From IMG/VR virus record IMGVR_UViG_3300045988_115476: a stretch of 64,000 nt of DNA, one strand, 5' to 3'. The notes beneath the pieces are model-generated. The model saw nothing but the letters and a program-made list of their open reading frames with translations, did not search any database and was not told the origin of the DNA. This DNA comes from a virus. Within the stretch, counting starts at the first letter, position 1. Each line of letters starts with the position of its first letter. The position numbers and the translations under genes are program-made. This document shows positions 1 to 9,151 of this stretch, piece by piece.

Positions 1-336
1 GAGCGTGCTATTGAATCGCAGCTTAGTAACGCACTCGCCAAAGAACACTTCCAGCTTGAGCAGCTTACTTCTGGTCTCAAATATCCTAATTCCATTGTGA
101 AAGCTGTCAACCAGAAGAACAAAGCTATCCAGGAGGCACAGAGAGCACTCAATGAGGTGGCCGTTAAGAAGGCCGAGGCAGAGAAGATGCTTGTGCAGGC
201 GCGTGCCGAACGAGAGGCTAACGAGCTGAAATCTGCATCACTTACTCCTGCCATTCTTAAAAAGATGTGGATTGAGAAGTGGGACGGCAAGCTTCCCGTT
301 TATGGAAATGTTCCGCAGATTATGATGACGAAGTAA
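1..336 (+). CDS. SPFH/band-7 (prohibitin/HflC-like) protein, C-terminal part; 5' end lies outside the window
   Basis: Frame 1 is open from base 1. Ala/Glu-rich coiled tail ...AEAEKMLVQARAEREANELKSASLTPAILKKMWIEKWDGKLP is typical of SPFH C-termini. Confidence 0.45.
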   Translation, partial: ERAIESQLSNALAKEHFQLEQLTSGLKYPNSIVKAVNQKNKAIQEAQRALNEVAVKKAEAEKMLVQARAEREANELKSASLTPAILKKMWIEKWDGKLPVYGNVPQIMMTK

Positions 337-397
337 ACAATGTGTGCCCAGTTCTAACGATTTGTTATGGACGGTGGCATCACTTTAATATTGAAAT

Positions 398-1323
398 ATG
401 AAAGAATTAAGAAGGAAAACATTTAAGAACGGCGTCGTATATTGCCTCCAGTTAGAAGATGGATTTCTTGTTGAGACCACAGACACTTTCTTGCCTTATT
501 ACACTAAAGATGCAATAGGCAGACGTCAAAACAAGTTAGACAACAATGAGCTTGGAGACCGCACAGAACGCTGGATGATTGGTGTGTCAACAATGTCTGG
601 ATGCCCAGTTCGTTGTAAGTTTTGCGCAACCGGAAACATGAAGCGTTATCGCAACCTTACTGCTAACGAAATTGTTGACCAGGTTGAATTTGCTATCAGT
701 CATGCTGGAGGCGCAGAGCCAACTAAGGCAAAGGAGTTTAAGATCAACTACACTCGTATGGGTGAGCCGTTCTTGAATATCGAAGCTGTGAAAGAAGCCA
801 TCCGTATCATCACAGAAAAATACCCAAACACACATCACTATGTGTCAACGATTGGTATTAAGGGGAGCGATTTTTCATTCATTAAGGGAAATATCACTCT
901 CCAGATAAGTCTTCACTCATTCGATGACGAGAAGCGCAACTGGCTCATTCCGTATAAGAACAAGATGTCAATCAAAGAGCTTGGTCAGATACGAACATAG
1001 AGTAATCTGAAAACGACAATCAACCTCACTCTTGTTGATACTTCTGACTTCGATGCAGAAAAGCTAAAGGAATGGTTTGACAAGGAACATTTCTTCGTGA
1101 AGTTGTCCCCCATCAATCCTAACAACATTTCTGAAAAAAATCACCTTGGCAATGGAGTTGTCGAAGGCGTAAATTTAGTATAAATCTTTAAATTCTTACA
1201 ACAATGACAGAAATCAAGAATCAATTGGATGCAATGGGCTACGATTATGCTGTGGCCATTGCGACAAAGGCTGAAATCGAAAACGGTGCGGCCTGCGGTC
1301 AGCTCGCTATCATTTGCGAGTAA
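398..1323 (+). pseudogene. RlmN/Cfr-family radical SAM methyltransferase, interrupted in three pieces
   Basis: Has CPVRCKFCATG (CxxxCxxC). Homology continues across an in-frame TAG (998-1000) to FVKLSPINPN and TAA 1181-1183. The last piece (ATG 1204) is in another frame and carries the family C-terminal AACGQLA motif. Confidence 0.6.
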
Positions 1324-1590
1324 GTAATTAACAAAGTCTCTCAATGCAGCAAGCACGGTACGATGTTGAGCCGTTTTAGACTGGTTGGCATTTGCTGTAG
1401 CCGTAAAATATCAATAACTGCTTAGACAATTCAGCACAGGTTTCAAGTCTTGATTTGTTAGGTAAGACTAATCATCAAGACAAGGAGCGTCCGCAATGAC
1501 GTTGGAAAAAACTACGGGTGAAAACCCCGACAAAACACCAGTTTGCCGTGCTTGTCTGTATTGAAGACTTAATTAGAATGTAAAATCAAA

Positions 1591-2172
1591 ATGGAAAAAA
1601 CTATAGAAGTCAAGGTTGAAGATATAAAGCGTGCTTTTTGCAAGATTGATGAGAATATCAAGGAAACCCTTCTTGATTTGATTCCTCAATTCAAAGAGGC
1701 TATTCCAATAACTGAACGAGTGAAGACCTTCGAGGATGCTTGCCGTGAGTTGGGAGAAGACAACCATCTCGTAGAGCAGTATCGTGTGATTGAGGAAAAC
1801 GCAGATTTTACAAGTGACGGTCACGACATTTTTACATACTTGAAGCTACGCATTGTCTTCGCCGCCCTGAATGAGGGGTGGAAACCTCAGTTCACAAAAG
1901 ACGAATGGCGTTATTATCCTCGTTTCGAGCTATGTACAAACATGACACTGACGGTTAAGGGTGACGAATGGAAAGCCAGCCGACACATCGCATCAATAGA
2001 AGACTATTTAGGATACTATGAGTACATAGTGTGTACGGGTTCGAATACCGCCAATCCAAATATTACTCCGTTAGCAGGTTGTCGTCTTTGTTTCAAAAAT
2101 GCAGATCTCGCCATATATTTCGGCGCACAATTCATCAACCTTTGGGCTGACTTCTGTTTGACAAAGAAGTAG
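1591..2172 (+). CDS. hypothetical protein (193 aa)
   Basis: Long ORF co-oriented with its neighbours; no motif recognised. Confidence 0.55.
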   Translation: MEKTIEVKVEDIKRAFCKIDENIKETLLDLIPQFKEAIPITERVKTFEDACRELGEDNHLVEQYRVIEENADFTSDGHDIFTYLKLRIVFAALNEGWKPQFTKDEWRYYPRFELCTNMTLTVKGDEWKASRHIASIEDYLGYYEYIVCTGSNTANPNITPLAGCRLCFKNADLAIYFGAQFINLWADFCLTKK

Positions 2173-2206
2173 CAAAACGTTTGTAACAACTTTTACGGAA
2201 CAAACA

Positions 2207-2491
2207 ATGATAACAATAAAAATCAAAACTTTTCCCGATTACAAGAAGATGTTTCTTGATTGGGTGAAAGAGCCGCGAAGAAAACGTTGCAAGGAGTTCG
2301 TTGACAACATGGCTTTTAAAATCTCAGAAGAATTAGGCAATGAATTTAACACGGATCCTCTTCTTAAGGAATTGGATGTTAAATATAATACTCTTTGGAT
2401 AAAGATAATAAGGGTTGTTATTCGTGTTCAACATGATACAAAAGATCTTATTGATGAAGTTCAACCAAGGGGTTTTACTGATACATTGTGA
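2207..2491 (+). CDS. hypothetical protein (94 aa)
   Basis: ORF packed tightly in the plus-strand cluster. Confidence 0.45.
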   Translation: MITIKIKTFPDYKKMFLDWVKEPRRKRCKEFVDNMAFKISEELGNEFNTDPLLKELDVKYNTLWIKIIRVVIRVQHDTKDLIDEVQPRGFTDTL

Positions 2492-2507
2492 TAAAAATGA
2501 TTGATAG

Positions 2508-3110
2508 ATGGAAATGCGTACTATTATATTTAACAACGTTTTCAACGATACAAGTAGCGTTTTGAACGGAACAAAAACGCAGATGAGATGCCGTGCTTGC
2601 TGCGGAGACAATGAAATATCTTTTTGCACTGACAAAGACGATGGACTGCTTACCGTATTTCACAACGGATATGATATTGCCAAAGCGAATTACAAAGTAG
2701 GAGAGGTGTTGCAAATTGGGATTTTGCAAAGGTTGAAAGAGATAGAGGTTTATTCGGCCCATGTTGGTGATAGCAAAATGATAATCACGGAACCCCCAGA
2801 AAGATACTGTAAAAAAACAATTCCTTTTAGCATTCAGATAACACGCGTCACCATTGAAAGGCTAAAAGACATTAGCGACGATGAATGCTTCAAAGATGGA
2901 GTATATCGTATTGGCGAGAAATACGGATATGAGTTTTGTAATAGTATTGAGGGTAATTTAGTTTTCCAAGAAGTCGTATTTGAATCTCCAAGAGAGGCTT
3001 TTGCTTCAAAAATAAACGAAGAAACTGGATTAAACGCATGGCGTTCAAACCCGTACATGTTCGTTTACGACTTTAAACTTATAAAAGATGGAACTAACGA
3101 AAAAAGATAA
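2508..3110 (+). CDS. ASCH/PUA-like domain protein (tentative)
   Basis: C-terminal half has ISDDECFKDG...SPREAFASKINEE...AWRSNPYMFVYDF, which resembles ASCH domains. Confidence 0.4.
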   Translation: MEMRTIIFNNVFNDTSSVLNGTKTQMRCRACCGDNEISFCTDKDDGLLTVFHNGYDIAKANYKVGEVLQIGILQRLKEIEVYSAHVGDSKMIITEPPERYCKKTIPFSIQITRVTIERLKDISDDECFKDGVYRIGEKYGYEFCNSIEGNLVFQEVVFESPREAFASKINEETGLNAWRSNPYMFVYDFKLIKDGTNEKR

Positions 3111-3297
3111 GAAGCACATTGAGGAAGAGGTCACCAAGCTGATGTTCAGATTCAATGTAGAATGTACGGAATACGCAAGGCTTTACGAGCGCACCTATCT
3201 GGAGGAACTTCAAAAAAAGATTGGTGAGAAAATAGAGATTCTTGACCTCTACGCACATCAACAAAGAATAGCGAGCGAAAACAAAGAAAGCAAATAA
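3088..3297 (+). CDS. hypothetical protein (69 aa)
   Basis: Small charged ORF overlapping the end of the previous gene. Confidence 0.4.
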   Translation: MELTKKDKKHIEEEVTKLMFRFNVECTEYARLYERTYLEELQKKIGEKIEILDLYAHQQRIASENKESK

Positions 3298-3334
3298 GTA
3301 TTTAATTCTCAAACAATAAAACAAAAACACATTT

Positions 3335-3775
3335 ATGAAAGTAAAGATCAAAATTGTTGACCCAAAGGCTGTTGTCCCATACAAAAAGTACGATAGAGAT
3401 TTCTGCTATGACTGCGTGGCGGTTTCAGAAGAGGAGGTTGCGCCTAATGTGTGGAAATACGGCCTCGGGTTTGCCTTACAGAGAGAGAAAATCACGAGAG
3501 GCAACACAATACCATGTTTCTCGTTTCGTGCCCGTTCTTCTGTATGGAAGACAGGTATGGTTCTCAGTAACGGAATAGGTACTATTGACGATATTTACAC
3601 GGGTGAAATATCTGCCGTATTCTATCACGTCATGCCCAATATGCCGCGCTACAAGGTGGGCGATAGGGTGTGCCAGATGCACATAGACGCTACCACTACA
3701 ATAGAATTTGTTGAGTGTGAAGAGTTGGAACAAACGGAGAGGGGATACAACGGCTATGGCTCGACTGGAAAATAG
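3335..3775 (+). CDS. dut: dUTP diphosphatase (trimeric dUTPase)
   Basis: Motifs GIGTIDDIYTGEI, GDRVCQM and the C-terminal RGYNGYGSTGK. Confidence 0.8.
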   Translation: MKVKIKIVDPKAVVPYKKYDRDFCYDCVAVSEEEVAPNVWKYGLGFALQREKITRGNTIPCFSFRARSSVWKTGMVLSNGIGTIDDIYTGEISAVFYHVMPNMPRYKVGDRVCQMHIDATTTIEFVECEELEQTERGYNGYGSTGK

Positions 3776-3783
3776 GTACAAAC

Positions 3784-3942
3784 ATGATTGTTATAGCAAG
3801 AACTTTCGTCAAAAAGAGACATTGGCAATTCTTTCTCCTTCCATGCATAGGAATTGATCGACACGGAGACCGCATTACAATCGGTATCATTTGGCTTGTG
3901 TTCTCTTTATATATTCGGTTCGAGCTCAATAGAGACGAATAG
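3784..3942 (+). CDS. small hypothetical protein (52 aa)
   Basis: ATG 3784 to TAG 3940-3942. Below the ORF-track cutoff, and lies just before a terminator hairpin. Confidence 0.3.
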   Translation: MIVIARTFVKKRHWQFFLLPCIGIDRHGDRITIGIIWLVFSLYIRFELNRDE

Positions 3943-3950
3943 GAAACATA

Positions 3951-3992
3951 GGTGGGGTTTGGCTTAACGGCTACTACCCCACCTGTGTTTTC
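3951..3992 (+). terminator. intrinsic terminator closing the plus-strand auxiliary cluster
   Basis: GGTGGGG (3951-3957) pairs with CCCCACC (3977-3983), followed by TGTGTTTTC. Convergent with the spanin gene end. Confidence 0.5.
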
Positions 3993-3997
3993 ATATA

Positions 3998-4456
3998 TTA
4001 CTCATTCCTGCCTCGACTTTTCTCACATAAGATATACTTGAGCGCGAATGATACTGCAAAGACGAATATAAGTACTATCGCAATATTTCCGATTGTCTCG
4101 GACACAATTTGAAAGAATCCAGTTTTCTTCTCTTTATAGACAACCTTTTCAACGGGTACTTCTACCTTATACGGAACAGAATCCTTTACGCGAATCGTGT
4201 CTGTTTTGCTTTTATAGACGATTCTGTCCTTGAGCTTGTAGTGCCAACGGTCATTGAATATCGTATCGCCACGGACCACAACAGACACACTGTCATGCAC
4301 CCATACAGAATCCGTCTTTACAAAGCTATCCGTTTGATGGATATAGCGGTCTCTATATTCCGTCATAGTGACCGGAACATACTTTGTCGTTTTGCACCCT
4401 AAAAGTACAGTACAAACGACTATAACCGCAAAAAGAATAAACAACTTGCTTCTCAT
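3998..4456 (-). CDS. unimolecular spanin-like lipoprotein
   Basis: N-terminal lipobox VLLGC plus a C-terminal transmembrane helix IAIVLIFVFAVSFAL. It is the last gene of the lysis cassette. Confidence 0.5.
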   Translation of the reverse strand: MRSKLFILFAVIVVCTVLLGCKTTKYVPVTMTEYRDRYIHQTDSFVKTDSVWVHDSVSVVVRGDTIFNDRWHYKLKDRIVYKSKTDTIRVKDSVPYKVEVPVEKVVYKEKKTGFFQIVSETIGNIAIVLIFVFAVSFALKYILCEKSRGRNE

Positions 4457-4459
4457 ACG

Positions 4460-4894
4460 CTATTTGATTTTGATGATTACTTTCTCCTTTTTGTCCCAAG
4501 CAGTCTTCATCGTCTGAATCAACTTGTTGGTCCAAAATCTCGAATCGCTCACCCACCCCACTTTGTCGTTTTTGCCACAAAGGATGCACCCCTCTGTGTC
4601 TTTTGCCGAGTTGCCAGAATGAATACGAACCCCCTCAAATCCCTTTACGTTCAGTAGCAAGGGTAGCATCTTCTTGAACCGAGCGGAATAGGTGTAGGCG
4701 CATTCATACTCGCCACTCGGGATAGCAGTCTGGCCATACACCTTCTTTGCCTTGATTTCGGATAGAGGCATGTCACTTCTGAGACCCCTATCCGTGTCCT
4801 CCAAGGCATTACACCCAAACAACATTCCGTTCACATAGATGCGGCTTATAGTATATCCCGCCTTCTTCCAGGCTCTGTCAATGGTGATGATCAT
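4460..4894 (-). CDS. putative cell-wall hydrolase (endolysin candidate, DUF5675/YkuD-like motif)
   Basis: Located between the holin and the spanin. Carries the motif VRIHSGNSAKDTEGCILCG. Confidence 0.4.
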   Translation of the reverse strand: MIITIDRAWKKAGYTISRIYVNGMLFGCNALEDTDRGLRSDMPLSEIKAKKVYGQTAIPSGEYECAYTYSARFKKMLPLLLNVKGFEGVRIHSGNSAKDTEGCILCGKNDKVGWVSDSRFWTNKLIQTMKTAWDKKEKVIIKIK

Positions 4895-5337
4895 GATTCA
4901 GCCTCCTTTTCTTCTCTGTGGCGCAGAATATCGACTACTGCCTTGGCAATGTCATCCTTATTTTCAAGGATCACCTGCATCGTCCTATCCTGCTTGCGTA
5001 TTTCCTCTTTCTCCCACGCCTTTTCTCTGACACTCTTGAACTCACAAAACACGACCCAGCAGGCCCACGTCATAGAGAAAAATGGGACGGGAATAATGAC
5101 GCATGTGATGATGTCTATGCACATCGCTACAAAGAACGGGCAAAAATACTTAATCGCCTTCGTGCATGACTTCTTGTAGCCCGTACTTGTACTTGCCCGG
5201 CCAAGTTCGCGGGCCTTGCGGACACCTGCAATCAAATCCACTGCCATAGACACAATGATTCCGAGGAAGCATAGGAATATCAACAGTGAGGTCTGATAGA
5301 AATGCTCGTTCATGAATGTAATCAATACTTCTTTCAT
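4891..5337 (-). CDS. holin (Phage_holin_4-like)
   Basis: ATG at 5337 (the track start at 5418 is TTG). Has 2-3 transmembrane helices and the loop DLIAGVRKARELGRASTSTGYKKS. Overlaps the lysin start. Confidence 0.6.
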   Translation of the reverse strand: MKEVLITFMNEHFYQTSLLIFLCFLGIIVSMAVDLIAGVRKARELGRASTSTGYKKSCTKAIKYFCPFFVAMCIDIITCVIIPVPFFSMTWACWVVFCEFKSVREKAWEKEEIRKQDRTMQVILENKDDIAKAVVDILRHREEKEAES

Positions 5338-5418
5338 TGTCGTTACCTTGAATAATTGTTGATAAAATTTTTCGTACAAATTTAATAAGAAAATTTCAAA
5401 CATCCAAGGTAACGACAA
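5337..5418 (-). promoter_or_regulatory. 14-bp perfect stem sequestering the holin start region
   Basis: TTGTCGTTACCTTG (5337-5350) is the reverse complement of CAAGGTAACGACAA (5405-5418). The A of the holin ATG is the last paired base. Confidence 0.4.
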
Positions 5419-5425
5419 AGAAACA

Positions 5426-5860
5426 TTATAAGTTCAAGTCATAGAATGGCTTTTTGCCCGAAGAAAGATAGTTTTTGCACTCATCAAGAATCTTTTGCTC
5501 AAAATCGAGCTCCTTGATATGCGGAAACCATCGGCGTATTTTCTCACCATGACGTTTGACCATTTCTCCCCAAAGGACAACAAAATCCCAACAAGAGATG
5601 TTTGTGTCTTTGATTGAGTTATAATTGGAAATTGCGGCCTCTTTGCAATGAACGTTCTTGATAAGGCACAGGTGTAGCATGGCCATGTCTTCGTCATAGA
5701 TGCACTCGCCGAGTTCACTCTTCACCTCTCGAAGCGTCTCAAGAAACGCTTCGCCATTCATCCCTATTTCGCAACTGTCAGCCAAGATGCGTATCACATT
5801 GTTCTTTACCTGCTGATCATCACAGGCAACTACTTGCTCAAAAATCCTTTTCATAATCAC
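5426..5860 (-). CDS. hypothetical protein (144 aa)
   Basis: ORF in the leftward late operon. Confidence 0.5.
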   Translation of the reverse strand: MIMKRIFEQVVACDDQQVKNNVIRILADSCEIGMNGEAFLETLREVKSELGECIYDEDMAMLHLCLIKNVHCKEAAISNYNSIKDTNISCWDFVVLWGEMVKRHGEKIRRWFPHIKELDFEQKILDECKNYLSSGKKPFYDLNL

Positions 5861-5864
5861 TGAA

Positions 5865-6296
5865 TTATTCTGTTATCAATTTTTTCAGCTCAGCAAAATC
5901 ATCTGTCGTGAACTGAATACTTTTCTTGCTGCCGAACAAAATAGAGGTAACGATGTTGTCCGGCAGGTCTATCGTCAATGCGCCGTTACCCACCGTTCCG
6001 CTAAAGACGCCAAGGTCGTAAGGCATAGGCTCTAAAGACTTGAAGATCTGAACCATATCGTTGAATACGGTTTCAACATTCATGTTCCCTTCTTCGTCGG
6101 CAATAAACAAAGCCACATTGTCAATGTTTCGCGAAAGCATCTCCTTGTTCTTTGCAATGATGTTGTGTGCCGCACGCTTCATGTAAACGGACGGGACGGC
6201 CAGTTTTGGATTACCCTGCACCATATCGTCAATTCTCGAATCTGCCCAAAGCTCTATTGATTGCAGCAGCTTTTCTTTCAATTCTGAAATGTTCAT
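5865..6296 (-). CDS. hypothetical protein (143 aa)
   Basis: ORF in the leftward late operon; its stop abuts the next gene. Confidence 0.5.
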   Translation of the reverse strand: MNISELKEKLLQSIELWADSRIDDMVQGNPKLAVPSVYMKRAAHNIIAKNKEMLSRNIDNVALFIADEEGNMNVETVFNDMVQIFKSLEPMPYDLGVFSGTVGNGALTIDLPDNIVTSILFGSKKSIQFTTDDFAELKKLITE

Positions 6297-6868
6297 TATT
6301 TACCTCCTTTGTTGCTTTGTTGTTTGTTACCTTTCTTCAACTCAATAAAGTCATTCCAGGCCATGTTCGAATACTTCTCAATGTATTCATTCAACAAGGC
6401 GTTTTTCTGCTCGTCTGCCTGTACGATTGATTTTTTCAATCTCTGCATAAGAGCAAGATGTTTGCGCAAAGCATCATTCCCCGTCTGTGTGGCTTCGATC
6501 CTTGGCCTTACAATGCGAAGGATCTCGTCTTGAACGAGTTTTGACACGTATTGATAACTCTCCACATACTCTTCGTTTTGGTTGAGTATTTGACGATGAC
6601 CACTTGTCAATCCATCCTCAATCTTGTCTATTTCGTCCCACAATGGAGTTTGGGACGGTTGGGCCTGCATGTTGATGGTTGCTCTCTGCTGTTGCAACTG
6701 TGCCAATTTCTTTGCAAACTCCTCGTTCTCTGCCTGCATCTGATTGGCTGGCGGATATTGACTGCCGAGGCCAAGCAACGGATCTTGCATATAGTTCATG
6801 TCGCAAATAATTCTAAGTTGGTGATTGATTTTGTAATTGGTGATTGGGCGCAAGCCACATGAGGCCAT
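6296..6868 (-). CDS. hypothetical coiled-coil protein (start may be the internal ATG near 6799)
   Basis: Gln/Glu-rich helical sequence; start/stop overlap with the downstream gene. Confidence 0.5.
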   Translation of the reverse strand: MASCGLRPITNYKINHQLRIICDMNYMQDPLLGLGSQYPPANQMQAENEEFAKKLAQLQQQRATINMQAQPSQTPLWDEIDKIEDGLTSGHRQILNQNEEYVESYQYVSKLVQDEILRIVRPRIEATQTGNDALRKHLALMQRLKKSIVQADEQKNALLNEYIEKYSNMAWNDFIELKKGNKQQSNKGGK

Positions 6869-6915
6869 ACGCCCATCACCAACTTACTTCTTACTTGACT
6901 TTTTTACAGTCTTCT

Positions 6916-7662
6916 TTACGCTCCCGCTGCCGCCGTTTGAGCCTGTCGGCAGTTGCACCCGAAAGGGTTAGCCCCCTCCAAAACCGTAACGGTCGGCGTG
7001 GAAGGAAGACCAACGACACCATAGATGCAACGGCAAGTCTTGCGGTCGGTGTAGCACATGTTGCGCTCGCCCATAGCATCAATCGCCTGCATAAGCAGCT
7101 TGTCCTGATACGGACGGGTGGCCTCCATGATGGCAACCTTCTTGTCAAGCTCGTTGAACTTGGCAGAGTACTTCTCGTTAAGGGCGTCGTATGCGTCGCG
7201 CTGATTCTTGTAAAGGCCAAACTCAGCAGCTACACTCCGGCGGTTCTCTGCATTGAGGCCCTCAACATAACCCTTGTAGAGGCTAAACTTCTCTGCAATG
7301 TCCGTCTCGCGCATTGCGTAGAACTTGTTAGCCGTATCGAGTTTCAGCCCGAACATGTCGGTGAGGAGTTTCACCTCGTCGGCACATTCCTTCTGCATCA
7401 CGTCATACGCGGATGGAGAAGCATTAACGCTTGAAAGCCCGCCGTAAGTGTTGATGTTCACATTGTCAGGCATATTGCCCGTGCCAAGCGAACCGAACAC
7501 ACCACGTCCGCCGCCAATACCACCAGCGAGCAGGCCGAGGGCCGTACCAGCGATGCCAAGGCCCAATGCCGTGCCGGCAACGCCCTTGCTCGCATACTCT
7601 TTCTTGCCGTCCTCGTAGATTTTCTTCTCCACGATACGCTCGTTATTATTCGTCATTTCCAT
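6916..7662 (-). CDS. hypothetical protein with a glycine-zipper segment
   Basis: GVAGTALGLGIAGTALGLLAGGIGGGRG followed by a helical domain. Confidence 0.5.
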   Translation of the reverse strand: MEMTNNNERIVEKKIYEDGKKEYASKGVAGTALGLGIAGTALGLLAGGIGGGRGVFGSLGTGNMPDNVNINTYGGLSSVNASPSAYDVMQKECADEVKLLTDMFGLKLDTANKFYAMRETDIAEKFSLYKGYVEGLNAENRRSVAAEFGLYKNQRDAYDALNEKYSAKFNELDKKVAIMEATRPYQDKLLMQAIDAMGERNMCYTDRKTCRCIYGVVGLPSTPTVTVLEGANPFGCNCRQAQTAAAGA

Positions 7663-7881
7663 ACTGAATGCTTTTTGTTATGACACATTAAAAAAACTAA
7701 CTCAAGTAACCGATTACGATGGCAAAGTTACTTATTCTGCTACTGAACAACAATAACTTTGTCAGGACTTTTGCAACAGTATGAATAACAAGGTGTTAGC
7801 GTGACAAAGCAATCTGTCTCGTCACGCTCAAAAAAGCATTTTACGCTACATTAAAAACAAACATGAGAATCCCAACCAGAA

Positions 7882-8232
7882 TCATTTCCCCTTCCTTCTT
7901 CTGAGGAACTCCCGCACATTCCACTTTTTGAAAAGATTAAAGTGACTTCCTGCGGTTTTCTTGCCTTGAAGATCACCGTCCCTTATAGCGCGATTGATGG
8001 TAGATTCACTCAGCCCGCTTTCGCGTTTAATGTCACCTATGGTCATATACGGATTGAAGAGATTCGGTAAGTAATCTTCGCAAAGGTCGGCAATGTCGTC
8101 ATTGCTCATACCACACGCCGTTACCGGCTCGCCACGTTCCTCTTGCTCGGAAGCGAGCTTCACACGTTCTGTAATGGCCTTTAGGAGCTCATACATCGTT
8201 CTGTAGTTGAATACCTTTCGTGGATTGCCCAT
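7882..8232 (-). CDS. HTH DNA-binding protein (excisionase/MerR-like HTH)
   Basis: MTIGDIKRESGLSESTINRAIRDGDL...WNVREFLRRR. Confidence 0.5.
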   Translation of the reverse strand: MGNPRKVFNYRTMYELLKAITERVKLASEQEERGEPVTACGMSNDDIADLCEDYLPNLFNPYMTIGDIKRESGLSESTINRAIRDGDLQGKKTAGSHFNLFKKWNVREFLRRRKGK

Positions 8233-8247
8233 AATATAGTAGATAAA

Positions 8248-8760
8248 TTAAGAAAAAAATCTTCGACCAAGTTTTGTGTTGTTGACAAACCAATCAAACG
8301 CCCCATATAGATAGAACAAGAGAATCATGAGCGACAAGCAATAGTGCGCCATCACCATGCTGTTTGTGGTGAATAGGCTACCGTATGCTATATGGATAGA
8401 GTTCACACCAAAGAAGTAAAAGAACGGTATTCTATACTTCCAGCATAGCCAAAAGAAACGACTTGCGAAAATAATTACCATAGGTAATATATAAACCATG
8501 AAGTAAATAAAACTATAGCAAGCCATATTCTCGCTTATCGAAATAAACATCTCCCTGGGATGCTGGCTAAACATAAAAACTCCATAGGAATGGAATACCA
8601 TGATGAAGATAGGTACGTATTTGCAAAACCACCTAAAAAACTTCAAGATACGCTTGTTGTACCTATTACTACCACGAAGCAATAGAGACATCACTTCGCT
8701 TATATCAAGGTCTCGTAAAACCCGAAGGGCTTGTTCTTCTTGCTCCTTATTCATAATCAC
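8248..8760 (-). CDS. polytopic membrane protein
   Basis: Four or five hydrophobic helices. Confidence 0.5.
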   Translation of the reverse strand: MIMNKEQEEQALRVLRDLDISEVMSLLLRGSNRYNKRILKFFRWFCKYVPIFIMVFHSYGVFMFSQHPREMFISISENMACYSFIYFMVYILPMVIIFASRFFWLCWKYRIPFFYFFGVNSIHIAYGSLFTTNSMVMAHYCLSLMILLFYLYGAFDWFVNNTKLGRRFFS

Positions 8761-8894
8761 ATAGAATTACTGGTTAATACTGCAAAATTAAACAAATTAC
8801 ATATCATAAATCCGTTTTACACAAAGCTTAACTGTTAAACTTTGCAAAGACCGCCATCTCAGGCCTTTACGACACAAGATAGCGGTCTATCAAT

Positions 8895-9140
8895 TCACAA
8901 AACCTTACACAAAGACACTATGGAAATACGGCCCAATACTACTCCTGCAACCGTGCATCCAAAGTCTATCCAATCCCACTTGCCACCCCAAAGACGATCC
9001 TTCAACTCCAGGGCCGCAGCCACGCCACAACCAGCATACATAGCACAATAGGTACTATCTGCGCCTACTCCAATCACAAATCCGCCAATAAAATGCTTAT
9101 AGCGATTACTGGCAAGAAACCATTTGAAAATTTTCTTCAT
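8895..9140 (-). CDS. small membrane protein (81 aa)
   Basis: Two hydrophobic, Gly-rich segments. Confidence 0.4.
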   Translation of the reverse strand: MKKIFKWFLASNRYKHFIGGFVIGVGADSTYCAMYAGCGVAAALELKDRLWGGKWDWIDFGCTVAGVVLGRISIVSLCKVL

Positions 9141-9151
9141 ACTTTCTGAAA

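Noticed and set aside
5338-5418. The ORF-track start of the holin at 5418.
   Set aside because: That codon is TTG and lies inside the 14-bp stem. The ATG at 5337, followed directly by the first transmembrane segment, is the more plausible start.
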